From positions 8,799,008-8,863,007 of the forward strand of contig CM119268.1 of NCBI GenBank assembly GCA_051294375.1: a stretch of DNA of 64,000 bases, read 5' to 3'. Below are positions 51,101 through 63,410 of the stretch, piece after piece. The stretch is from Paraspadella gotoi. Taxonomy: Eukaryota > Animalia > Chaetognatha. Below the pieces are notes generated by a model. The model was not told where the DNA came from and did not search any database. It was given only the letters and a program-made list of their open reading frames with translations. The position numbers and the translations under genes were made by a program. Every line of letters begins with the position of its first letter. Positions within the stretch are counted from its first letter, which is position 1.

Positions 51101-52042
51101 GGAATCTCTTGCAATTTTGAAAAGGTCGCTTGGCATTATATCTAAAAAACTAATTAATGTCAAACCTTTTCGTTATTGGTTAGTGGTAAAAAAAATTGTC
51201 TATACTCAAATATTTCAAATATTTGTCTTTACAGAAGAAAAAAAAATCATACGGCAAATTGGCTAACAAAATACCCAGCACATGGCTACCAAGATCGGAT
51301 CGGTCCTTAAGTTGTAACTTGAATAGAAAACGCGTTTTATAATCTTAATGCGTGACTGACGATCACGTCTGATCCTAGGATCAAACATTTTTGATCTTAT
51401 ACTCTACGAACGCTTTATAACCGGAAAATGAATTAATATTCGATCCCTAACCCGCCTTTCAATAATAGTTATATCCTCCCGATGAATGTTGTCCAAAGCG
51501 TGTGCATTTCCAACCGCTCATCACCTTTTTTGAGGATGTAGGCTGAGAAACCTCCTGCAGCTCGAAGGCGTCCACCTCCCATATCCTCCGCAGAAATCTT
51601 CTTGAAAACTGATAGAAGAATTTCCTTTTGCCGGTCCTCTTCCTCCGAGATTTCGGCGTTGGCTGGAATTAGTAAAAGGAGGAGAAGACGAGAGAGAAAG
51701 AGAGAGAGAAGAAAAGGCGAGAGAGAGAGGGAGGGGAAGGAGAGAGAGGGAGGGAGGAGAGAAGAGAGAGAGGAGAGAGAGAGAGAGGAAAAAAAAGAAA
51801 GAGGAAGAGAGAGGAAGGGAGGAGAATAAGATAAGGGAAGTTCGGAAAGTTACGTAATGACCCTTTTTCGGGAAAGGGCACAACGTTGATAACGAGTCAA
51901 TTATCAAAAAAATTCATGATGACAACGATTAAATTTGAATCCGAAAAAACAATTAATCAATTAAAAAAAACTGACGACGTAAGCCGCGCGGAATAATTGC
52001 CTTGCCCTGCTGGCCTCTGTTGTTGGTCCGAGAAACAGAAGA
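47891..52042 (-). other. Second inverted re-copy of ~33035-37050; ~49314-52042 matches ~44930-47658 at offset 4384
   Basis: ORF-track entries recur identically at +4384 (45054/49438, 46112/50496, 47137/51521). Confidence 0.88.
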
Positions 52043-53952
52043 AAAACGTTGTTGGGCTTTTTGAAATTGGTGTAACAAATATGAAAATTGTCCATTAATT
52101 CAATAACTAAGGTATCTTGCACCCGATTTTAAACCGGCTAAGTTCTCCATCCCTCCTACTGTAGGAGTGGGATGTAGGTTATCTATGAATCAATTTAACT
52201 ACTAAACAATATAGAAAAGTAATATAAAATTCAAAAATATGCCTAGAAATATTACAGTACTTAAATCAATTGGACCTAACATGATTTACTACTATATGCA
52301 AATGAGATTGATGAAATCTCAATCTCATCTAGTTTTATTCTATGAATCTATCTCTTACACTACAAGATAATGACATAAAAAGACCCTGCAAGTATAATGT
52401 TTTCCTCAACTGTTTCATTTTTCGTATTTGCGACGGTGCACCGTGAATTTGGTTTTGAAGAGGGCCACGGAAATAGTTATGTTGAAAAAAGTTTTGTACC
52501 CAGCTTTCTCATTTTAATACTTTAAAAGGGCCTCACCTCAACCAATGATGCTGTGACGGAAAGAAACTAAGTCCGAATGGCCGCGCAGAAATATCGAGGC
52601 AGCGACGAAGACCGAAATCAACCGAAGGCGAAGGCGCCCATTCTGACATCGGCTCATCTGGGGGAACTTTATATTTAAAAAAGAGAAGAATATAAAGAGA
52701 ATAGATTCTAAATGAGAGGAGCTTAAAAATTGGGATAATGTAAAAAGAAAGATGATATTTTTTATTCTTTTTTTTTTTTTTTGGAGTCTTCTTCGGTTAA
52801 AACTTCTTCTGCCAAAAAGACTGGCGACACTAAAGAAGATAAAAAATAATTTAAAAAAAACGTTGGATACAAAAGTTTGATGCTTCGCCAAAAAACTGAC
52901 CAGATGAGAGCGAAGAAGACGTTTCTTCTTTTACTTAGATAATAGGCGATATATAGATAGTATAATTTATTCAAGAATTAGTTTAGCTCGGAAAAATATC
53001 AAAAACCGAATTACACTGGATACGAAAACTCTTTTGACGTTGTATTAATACCCTAAAGAAAATATCATTGTCCGATATGAAATAGCTCTTTTTAAATAAA
53101 GCTCATAATCATTGGCACGTATTTTTTTTTACCGATGTGATACTGGAATATTACCGAGCCAGGGTTAAATAGATAAGAGAGAATATACACTTTTAAGTGA
53201 ACGAACTAAGCCTTTTAAAATAATCTTTTCTAAAGAACGTAACATGTATATCGCCCATTGTAGGGCTCGAACCGACGACCGCAGGATTAAAATTCCCGTG
53301 TTCAAGCGACTGAGCTAACGTTATAACCGGGGTACTTCTTTTTCTAGGTGCTGTTTGAATAAATGTATAAATAGAACGTTTTGTCATTAATTTGATATGA
53401 TTTTGTGATGTCATTGAATGGTCATCTTGGTTTTTTTTTAAATCGGAAGGATGACGACGATGACGATGACGACGACGACGACGACGACGACGACAATTGA
53501 AGATCGATCGTGACAAAAATAGGGTGAACAGGATTTCCGAAAACCCGGGATGAGAAACCTCCTGGTTTTTTTTACATTAACTAATAGAAGATTTAAAAAA
53601 AAAGGAGAAAAAGGTAGAAAAAGACTGAAGAAAAAAAAAGGTGGAGACGGAAGGGAAAAGGTAAGGCCGTCGTCGTCGTCGTCGTCATCGTCGTCGTTTG
53701 GACTGGTTCAAGTATAAAAGGAGTCGTGGCCAAATCCGAGCCCAACAAAAACTGTTATATCTGGAGAAAGAATAGGAGGCCTTCCGTCGAGAGGTGAGTA
53801 AAATGTAAAAACTTACCTAACTAAATTCGGCAAATTTTTATAAAAATTAAATGAGTTATTAGATATATTAAGCAAACATTTTTTTATAAAATAAGTTATA
53901 TATATATATAATTAAATGATATAAGCAAATAGTAAAACATTCATTATATATA
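52043..53952 (+). other. Direct re-copy of ~37052-38960
   Basis: Same sequence including the tRNA-like element and the TATA box, with small indels. It ends at an N gap. Confidence 0.85.
53252..53324 (-). pseudogene. tRNA-Lys(TTT)-derived pseudogene, re-copy of 38257-38329
   Basis: Minus strand ttagctcagtcgcttgaacacgggaattttaatcctgcggtcgtcggttcgagccctacaatgggcg. Confidence 0.65.
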
Positions 53953-55238
53953 NNNNNNNNNNNNNNNNNNNNNNNNNNNNNNNNNNNNNNNNNNNNNNNN
54001 NNNNNNNNNNNNNNNNNNNNNNNNNNNNNNNNNNNNNNNNNNNNNNNNNNNNNNNNNNNNNNNNNNNNNNNNNNNNNNNNNNNNNNNNNNNNNNNNNNNN
54101 NNNNNNNNNNNNNNNNNNNNNNNNNNNNNNNNNNNNNNNNNNNNNNNNNNNNNNNNNNNNNNNNNNNNNNNNNNNNNNNNNNNNNNNNNNNNNNNNNNNN
54201 NNNNNNNNNNNNNNNNNNNNNNNNNNNNNNNNNNNNNNNNNNNNNNNNNNNNNNNNNNNNNNNNNNNNNNNNNNNNNNNNNNNNNNNNNNNNNNNNNNNN
54301 NNNNNNNNNNNNNNNNNNNNNNNNNNNNNNNNNNNNNNNNNNNNNNNNNNNNNNNNNNNNNNNNNNNNNNNNNNNNNNNNNNNNNNNNNNNNNNNNNNNN
54401 NNNNNNNNNNNNNNNNNNNNNNNNNNNNNNNNNNNNNNNNNNNNNNNNNNNNNNNNNNNNNNNNNNNNNNNNNNNNNNNNNNNNNNNNNNNNNNNNNNNN
54501 NNNNNNNNNNNNNNNNNNNNNNNNNNNNNNNNNNNNNNNNNNNNNNNNNNNNNNNNNNNNNNNNNNNNNNNNNNNNNNNNNNNNNNNNNNNNNNNNNNNN
54601 NNNNNNNNNNNNNNNNNNNNNNNNNNNNNNNNNNNNNNNNNNNNNNNNNNNNNNNNNNNNNNNNNNNNNATCGAAACACTCTCGTCTCATCAAGATCGAG
54701 ATCTTTTCACCCCCAAAAAACCGCGCGGGTTTAAACGTTTCGATTCTCGAAAGACCGAAATTAAATAATTAAACAAAAAGACGCGAGGGATTTTCCCCGT
54801 TTTCCAAAAAAAAAACAAAAAAAAACCCCGCCCTTTCGTTTCCGTCTCCGCCCAACTTCATGCTATCGATTCTCTATCCTCTCATCTCCTTTCCTCTCTC
54901 CCTTACGTTTTTTTCCTCTTCCCTCTTTACATATCAAATTGTCCTATAGCCGTTCTCGTCCTCTCGGATTTAACCCTCGCTTATATTTCCTTTCTTCCTT
55001 CACCTATCTTCTTTACTAAGCCCCTCACTTACCTTTTCCTTCCCTTCCGTTTTACTTTCCTCTCCTTTATTTGTCAATACAAATTTCCGCTGTCTTCCTC
55101 TTTCCTACCTTCTTTCCCCCCATCCTCTACTTTCTTCCTCCCGCCACCCCCCCCTTCTTTTCACCTCCGTTGGTCTCACCTTCTCCTCCTCCAGTAGCAA
55201 CTTCCTCTTGGGAAAGGTCTTCGTCTTGGCAGCCAGGG

Positions 55239-55271
<33 letters not shown>

Positions 55272-56084
55272 NNNNNNNNNNNNNNNNNNNNNNNNNNNNN
55301 NNNNNNNNNNNNNNNNNNNNNNNNNNNNNNNNNNNNNNNNNNNNNNNNNNNNNNNNNNNNNNNNNNNNNNNNNNNNNNNNNNNNNNNNNNNNNNNNNNNN
55401 NNNNNNNNNNNNNNNNNNNNNNNNNNNNNNNNNNNNNNNNNNNNNNNNNNNNNNNNNNNNNNNNNNNNNNNNNNNNNNNNNNNNNNNNNNNNNNNNNNNN
55501 NNNNNNNNNNNNNNNNNNNNNNNNNNNNNNNNNNNNNNNNNNNNNNNNNNNNNNNNNNNNNNNNNNNAAAGTCATTCTTTCAATCTTTCATTCATTCACG
55601 TAAGGCAGTGACTATCATCTCATTCACGTGAATTCACCGTGATGTCCGTGATCGTAGTGATCGTCATATAATGTCCGCTGATGGTGACCCGCGTAGTGGC
55701 ATGTAAGTTCGCCTTCGTCATCCGAGCGGGAGCCACGTTTCGCCTAAGAGTTCGATAGCGATTCCATGTTATACTGTCAATTTAATTGTTTATTTTTTTC
55801 AATTTATTATTCAGCACATAAACTATACATAGGAAAATGAGGTTGTATTTTTTTTATACAGAAGAATTACCTAAGAAATGAATAAAAACTGTTCATTTAG
55901 AAGAATAAATAAATGAATGAGTGAATGAATAAATGAATGAATGAATGAATAACTAAATGAATAAACGAATAAATAAATGACTTAATTCATGAATAAGTGA
56001 ATTTTAGTTTATATACGTTATGGAATCAATACGAAATCGTCCTCCGACATATAAAGCTTTTTTTAAAATTTGAATATTAATCAG

Positions 56085-59000
56085 GTCACTACCTACACCA
56101 CCACGGACACCATCTTCACCACCGTCACCACCCCTCCCACCACTACGTCCACCACGAGGGACACCACGATCTCGGATACCACAACTTAGGTGAGTAAAGG
56201 TCTTTTAACAATTTCATAACTTAATCTTAAGTAATGTCATGCATTCTTAAGTCTTTATTAATTATCTTATTTGAAAATTGTTTACAATAATAATAATAAA
56301 ACGATTGAGGTAACTAATATTAAGATATATTTAATTATTTATTTTTCCACTCCCCACCAGGTCACGCCCACCACTCCGGCTACCACGATTCCTACCACCA
56401 CGGGGTGGGCCACTCCGCCTCCGACGCCCATTTCACCGACCACACCGAGAGCCACGACCACGAGCACAACCACATCACCCATCTCACCGCACATCACCAC
56501 GACCACACAAAGTACTACAACCACCTTCACGACCACCACAAGCACATCCACGACCACCATCATCACGTGCACGAAAACCACGAGCACGACCACGATGTTC
56601 ACCACGACCATCACAGGTGAGGTTCTGAGGGTGTAGCATAGTCCTTTCAAATAAAATTACGCTCCTTAATCTCATTTGCATATTGTAGCAGTTTAAATTA
56701 TTTCCCATATCTTAGAAGTTTTATTTTATTTTTTTAAAAATAGTTTTAATAAGGTTTAATATTTAGAATATTAAGATTAGTTACACATTCAACTTCTTTC
56801 TTTCACTTCTTTCTTTTATCACCGCCCACAGGCACCACAAACACCTCCACGAGGACCATGACCACGAGACGCACAACTTCCACACTCACGACGCGTCGCA
56901 CTCCGAGTCGCACGCGCACGTGCACCATCCCCATCACCACCATCACGGACACCACGGACACTTTGCCAAGATGGAGATGTCGCCCGAGGATGCGGAAGGT
57001 GAGGATTTGAAGAGAGATGTGATTGGAGCGAAGTGATAGAGATGATGGGACGATGATAGAAAAAATGAAGAAAATTCCAAACTCGAGACAAAGCATAATT
57101 AGTTATTTTGCTCATTTGTTACGAGAAAAGCAATTAATTGTGATCCTTGGGCTGGGCGAAAAAGAAACTCACCGCAAAAGCCTATTTGCGCAAAAACGTA
57201 TCGCGGTCGGATTGACCGAGTTAAAGTGAGTGACGCAATACAGGAAAAAAAAAAAAAGACAAGCAATCCGACCACCTATAAAAAAATTTATAATTACTGC
57301 GATTTTATAAACTTACTTGGGTAAATCGTTATTATTGAAGTAGTATAGTTAAAAAAACTTAAAATTTTAAACAGTATGCAAACCAACGAAGGTGTTCGAG
57401 ACTTGTCTTTTTCCCCCTTTGTATTGCCTCTCCCCACTCGACTCAGGCGTCGAAACATCTTCGACGTCGTCGTCGTCGTCGTCGTCGCGGGCGAAGCGAT
57501 CGCCTCCCGTCCACACTCATCACCGAGGATCCTCCAAAGTCCTCGTCGAACGCCCGACCTTCGAAAAGACCAACAAAGAGTTCTTCACCAAATCCGTCTA
57601 CGAGGAGCACGTCGACAACTTCGACGACGACAACGACAACGACGTCAAGATTCAAGTCGCCGACGATCTTTCCGCCGAGGACAAATTAGCCAAAATGACC
57701 CTGGAAGACGCCAAGTCTTCCGAAGACGCCGCCCCGCCGCCGAAGAGGCGCCCTTCCGGGGTCAAACTCGTCTCCAAGACGGCGTGGGAGGGACCCTTCG
57801 TGGTTGAGCGAAAATCGGCCCTGCGGTCGCCGCCCATCGTCATTCTGGACTTGGACTTAAACCCGGAAGTCGCGGAGAAGTTGGCCCGGATGAGGGAGGG
57901 ACCGGTCAATGGGGGTCGAGCTCGAGGGGGCGGAGGGTGGGGAAAAGAATTCAAGGGACGCGAGTCTGGTAGAAGGCGGAATTGGGGAGACCACCCTCGA
58001 GTGGACGGCGACGCCAGGGTCTTCGATCACGGCGAAGACTACGACGCCGGGATGAAAAAAATCCTCCACTCTCTGCAGCGCTATACGATGCCTAGCGGCG
58101 CCGGGACTAAGACCGCCGACGTTGGGCAGAACAGATGGGATCAAAATAAATGGAATCAGAACAGATGGGATCAGAACAGATGGGATCAGAACAAATGGGA
58201 TCAGAACAGATGGAGTTCGTCGAACGATTGGAGCTCGACTTCATCGACGCGCAATCAATGGGGATCGGGCGGGCAGAGCGAGCAAAACGGGCACAACACC
58301 GGGAATACTAATTGGGGCTCGTCAACTAGGCAAGTACCTGAAGGGCAAAGTTCCTACGATAACAATTGGAGCTCATCGACCAAGCAAGTCCCGCACGGGC
58401 AAAGCTCTAACAGCAATAATTGGGCAACTTCTTCAAAGAATAACTGGGGAAGCACCAACAACCAAGCTGCAAGCGGGCAAGGCTCGTATCATAACAACTG
58501 GGGCTCTTCCACGCGACAAGTCCCTAAAGGGCAAAGCTCCTACAATAATAACTGGGTATCTTCGACCAAGCAAGTACCCGACGGACACAGTACTTATGAC
58601 GACAACTGGGGCACTTCCAATCAAGCGTCCACCGGGCAAAACTGGAACTCTTGGAACAACGGTCAAAGCTGGAACGGCGGCTCTCAAGATTACAGCACTG
58701 CCCATTGGGAGCAAGGCGGCAGCCCTTGGCACGGAGGACAGGCTCCGGCCCGCCAGGCTCGTCCTGCCGCCACCAAGTCCAAGTGGGGCCCGGTCTATGG
58801 CCAAGGAAGTTTCCAGAACATCCTCTATCCATCCTCCGCCGCGGCGGGCGAAGGCTACGGCGCTGACGAGCCGCTGCACCGTCACAGAGCCGGCGTTTCC
58901 CGCGTGGTTTTCGACGGAATTCGGAGGGAAAAGTCTGAAAAGTCTTTTTTTACGACGGACAAAACTGAGGAACACGTGAATCGATTTTACATGAACGGCG

Positions 59001-59164
59001 CTGGGGGAAATGGGGGAGAAGAAAGGGGGGGAAATATGGGGGTTGACGAGAGAGATGGGGGTCGGCTGAGGGGTGCGGGACGGGGCAGGAAGGAAGGTAA
59101 GGTAAAGAAGGTGAAGAAAGTCAATAAGTTTTTGGACAAGTTGGTTTTGAAGGACGGGGAGTGA
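56085..59164 (+). CDS. His-rich / Trp-Asn-repeat modular protein, 3' exons (clean copy): 56085-56189, 56361-56616, 56832-56998, 57447-59164
   Basis: All four exons have AG acceptors, the first three have GTGAG donors, and they join in phases 1-1-2-1 without a frameshift into the long terminal ORF. Product: GHYLHHHGHHLHHRHH...[46 protein letters not shown]...QNRWD repeats...NNWGSSTRQVP repeats...KLVLKDGE*. Confidence 0.85.
58127..58216 (+). repeat. 15-bp coding tandem repeat x6 (QN[RK]W[DNS])
   Basis: cagaacagatgggat unit and variants. Confidence 0.92.
58310..58620 (+). repeat. ~54-bp (18-aa) coding repeat, ~5 copies (NWxSST[RK]QVPxGQSSYxN)
   Basis: NWGSSTRQVPEGQSSYDN / NWSSSTKQVPHGQSSNSN / NWGSTNNQAASGQGSYHN / NWGSSTRQVPKGQSSYNN / NWVSSTKQVPDGHSTYDD. 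Confidence 0.88.
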
Positions 59165-60512
59165 GAGAGAGTTTTTTTTTGGTCTAAATAATGTAATAGT
59201 AAATAATAATCACATTAACAACTACCTTGACTAACACAGAGTTGATGCATGTTGAAATTTGTGAAAACGCTCTCGGCCCGCGGGCCAGATATATGGCTGG
59301 ATTTGTCATCATTTGTCTTACACTCTATTTTTGTAATTTCTATGGCCTTGACTTAGTTTTTTTTACATTAGAAATGTATGCAAGCACAATCTTTATAAGA
59401 ATATCATTTTGATTACTCTTTAGTTTAGGCAAATAATGACTAAGTTTTCTCTTTCTTTTTTTTATAATGTAAACTTAAAACTCGCTTTTCTTTCAGAGTA
59501 ATAACCCAAAAAGATGGAACGGATCGGATATTCAAAACAAAGGATCGATTCGAAAAATTAGCATAATTAGGTGATAGCCCCTCGCCAAGCAATCTGCCGT
59601 CTTCAAGGAGCGTGCCGAAAAATGAAAATCAATGCTTGTAACAATCCAATGCTTGAAAACCATTTTTTTTGTATTCGTCGTCGCTTCCCGTGATACATTT
59701 CAATGCGTCTATTGTATTAAAAAAATGTACCGTGTATTCTTTACTTAATATTGTAATAATAAATTTATAAACCCGAGTAATATGATTAATTGATCATCTC
59801 AACTCGTCTGAGCTAGAGATTCCAGCTAGTCTGTAAAAAAAATCAACATCATTATCATCATATTTTTTTTTCAAACCACGAAATCGATATTTTTGTAGTA
59901 AACTTTTTTTTTAAATTAAAAACATTTAAAAAAAATGAGGACCAATTAATTGAGATTTAAAAATGTTTGCTTCGACTCTCCTACCGATAGCAACAATTTA
60001 TAAATAAAGTGTCGCCAACGAATAAGAGAAAGAGAGAGANNNNNNNNNNGAGAGAGGGAGAAAGAGAGAGCGAGAGAGAATTTCCGAAGGGGGATTTTGA
60101 GCCTGTGTTACCCTCGTTTGGTTATTTGGAAGTGTCAGCGAGAGATTGGACTTTTTTTCATTGGTTGTTCCTCTTTTTGAAACACCAGCTTTTTTAATTC
60201 TTTTTTTTTGTTGACTCATCTTTGGAAAGCAGAACCTGTTTACTTTTATTTGATGAACAATGCAGGCTTGTTCACCCATTGGAAACGGGAAAAAAAATCT
60301 GAAATTTAGTTACAATTGGTTACTGACTAGACAATGATATAGCTTTTTATTGTTTATGAAAAATAAAATTAATAACAAAAGAGAAAAACACAAAGATAAA
60401 AAAGTAAAAGATGAAAAAAGACACAATTCCACTTTTTCGGCTTTCATCTGGGGGTTTGTTCCACCAAAACCTTTCGGCCCTTTTAGCATTTTTCCACTCT
60501 TTTTTTGCCGGT

Positions 60513-60550
<38 letters not shown>

Positions 60551-60705
60551 GCTCTCCTCTCTCCTCTCCCTCCTCTCTCTCTCTCTCTTCTCTCTCTATT
60601 CTCTCCTGGATTTTTCATCTTCGTCATCTCATCTTCTTTCTATCTCATCTTTCTCTCGTTTTTTCTCCCCTACTCTTCCTCTTCTTTTTCCAAGTCTCCC
60701 CCCAT

Positions 60706-60769
<64 letters not shown>

Positions 60770-61083
60770 CCCGCGACGCGCAGATGAAAAGTTTCTCTGG
60801 CTGAGATGACACGTAAAAGTCAACTCAAAGCTTCAAAGAGAACAATTTATTAAGAGAAAAAAAGTAAATAAAAAAGATTTTACTTCCTTCCTTTGAGCGA
60901 AACATTTCCCCTCATGACGTTGAATGACTATTAATATCATGAAGCTTTAATTTTTTATCCTAGCTATTCATTTTTCCTTTATAATCTTGAACAAATATTG
61001 CTAAATTCCTTTAATCTCCAATTTTTTGATTTGAATTTCTCTTTTCCTCTCTCTCTCTCTCATCTCTCATCCTCTCTTCCCAT

Positions 61084-61139
<56 letters not shown>

Positions 61140-63040
61140 TTCTTTCTTTTTCTCTGTTTTCCATCTCTCTGTCTCAACAAAATATTTTTCTGGTTTTGCG
61201 TAAAACTTTCCATTTTTTTTCCTTTCCACGTCATACAGCATTCAAGTTTTTTTGTGTGTGTGGTGCGAGAGGAGAGAGGAGAGTATATTTTGCGCGTGCT
61301 AAGAAAGGACGGATCGACGGATCGAAGCGCCAATGGATCGCCAACTTCCGCGGGGGAACCAGAACACCCCATCTTTATCATCCCGGAGAAAATCGCTTTT
61401 TGCGGCGCTTTTTTTGCTTTTTTTGCGGCGTCTTTGTGGCCTTATGCGGCGTTTTTTTTTGGTGTTGTTTTCACGAAAAAAAATACAATTTTGCCTTTGT
61501 ATAAAAAAAACAAGTTTTATGAATTTTCGTCCGGAATTTTTCTTTTTCGTGTCACGAGTCTAAAAATTTTTGGAATATTTTCTTCATGAATTTTTTCTTA
61601 AAGAAAAATTAGTATTTTAATGCTGATTAAATTTGTACCCGGCTCTTGAGATAAATGTTTCTGATTCGTTTTATTTCATTGAAAAGATGCGTCGTCGTTT
61701 AAATGAACATCTGCATTTAAAGCTAACTTGGCACCGTCCGTTACCATCTTCGCAAATTCTGCTCGGGGCAATCACAGCATCCCAGAACATCCTCGCTGGC
61801 AACGGACCCCTTGGTAACGCAAAGGCTGACTATAGTCCGGACCCAGGCCAATAATATCCCATGGATTCATACGTGTTGACAAGTAAACATTTAAAAGCAA
61901 GTTGAACGCAACTGCCTTTTAGGACAATCGTACGCGTATTTTCATGTGCAAGAGGTTGCGCCACTTAATTTCGGACTTTAAAAATTACCGCTATTTCTTG
62001 AATTTTTTAAAAGAAATTTAAAAGTAATTGAAAAGATTGACAGATATCTTTTGCATAAATTTGATTAAATAGGCCAGCAATTTAGAGCAGTGATTTTTAA
62101 AATTAAGTACTCTATACCACTCACAAAACTGAACAAAAAAAATCTGATAGATTTAAGACTAATCTTTTTTCTTCTGATATTTTACTTTCCTTTGTAGTAG
62201 ATTATAAATATAAAAAAAAACACTGGATCTCCTGATGTCTGATAGCTGAATAACTGATTACTCCAGATCCCTAAATATAATCTTAAGATTATTTAAACAT
62301 TTGATGTAAGGACAATTTATGATTATGAAGCTTTAGATAAAAGTGATTTTTCCCGTTTATTTTTGGAACACCTTAGAGTTACAAAAATCATATCCCCTAA
62401 ACCACTTGAATCGATTGGAATAAAAATTAGATACATTAATTGCCTTTTTTTTTTAAATAATTTTTCTTATATAATTTTTTTTTTCTAAATATCTTTATAA
62501 AGCTGTCTGGAATTTTTAGAGTTTATAAGTTGACGCGCTTTCTTTTTCACAGGAGTGTAAACCGTTTACCCGCTTTTTAAGAGGCAATGAGGGGGGCGGC
62601 GCACGGGGAATGAATTAAAAAGTAAAATTTTACAATACGTGGTTCCCTTTTTTTTGATTTTTTGGTGGTGTCAGAAGCAAGTGCATTGTTGCAAACAAGG
62701 GTAGCCTGACATTTGCTGATGAATTGAATTAGTAGTGGCCTGATAAAACATTTGGCCGGTATTCGAACTCTTCTGTGGATGAACCGAGTGTGTGGGAGAC
62801 CATGAGTTCGACGGATTGTGAATGAAAAACCATATATCAAAAGGAGCAGAAGAGCGAGAGAGATGAGAGTAGAGAGGAGAGAGAGAGAGAGAGTGAGAGA
62901 GAGAGAGAGTGATTAGAGTAGGATTTAGAATGAGTTTAAACTCGAATGTATTTTTTGTTAATAATTCTTAAATTTTGTTGGTTACACATAGAACGAAGAA
63001 CGAAATGTAATCAATNNNNNNNNNNNNNNNNNNNNNNNNN

Positions 63041-63341
63041 TCTCTCTCTCTCTCTCTTCCCGCGACGCGCAGATGGAAAAAGTTTCTCTGGCTGAGATAC
63101 ACGTAAGTCAACTCAAAGCTTCAAAGAACAATTTATTAAAGAAAAAAGTAAAATAAAAAAGATTTTACTTCCTTCCTTTGAGGCGAAACATTTCCCCTCA
63201 ATGACGTTGATAGCGACTATTAATATCATGAGAGCTTAATTTTTTTATCCTAGCTATTCAATTTTTTTCCTTTATAATCTTGAACAAATATGTGCTAATT
63301 CCTTTTAATCTTCCAATTTTTTGTTTGAATTTCTCTTTTTC

Positions 63342-63410
<69 letters not shown>

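Noticed and set aside
45186-51907. Apparent inverted calpain pseudogenes
   Set aside because: The introns and flanks are copied too, the differences look like read errors, and identical errors recur in two copies. An assembly artefact is more likely.
53912-55631. Long ORFs containing X runs
   Set aside because: They span N gaps.
56271-56636. Thr-rich mucin-like ORF
   Set aside because: It is an alternative frame of the His exon. Splice phases to the terminal exon fit only the His frame.
58127-58620. Short regularly spaced repeats as a CRISPR-like array
   Set aside because: The units are in-frame coding repeats without unique spacers, the context is eukaryotic, and there are no cas genes.
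58122-58979. 285-aa overlapping ORF with IRTDG repeats
   Set aside because: It is a shifted frame of the repeat region within the 590-aa ORF, has a non-ATG start, and stays open because of repeat composition.
61633-62840. Short ORFs 61633-61854 and 62577-62840
   Set aside because: They have no recognisable homology, no ATG start and no convincing splice context.
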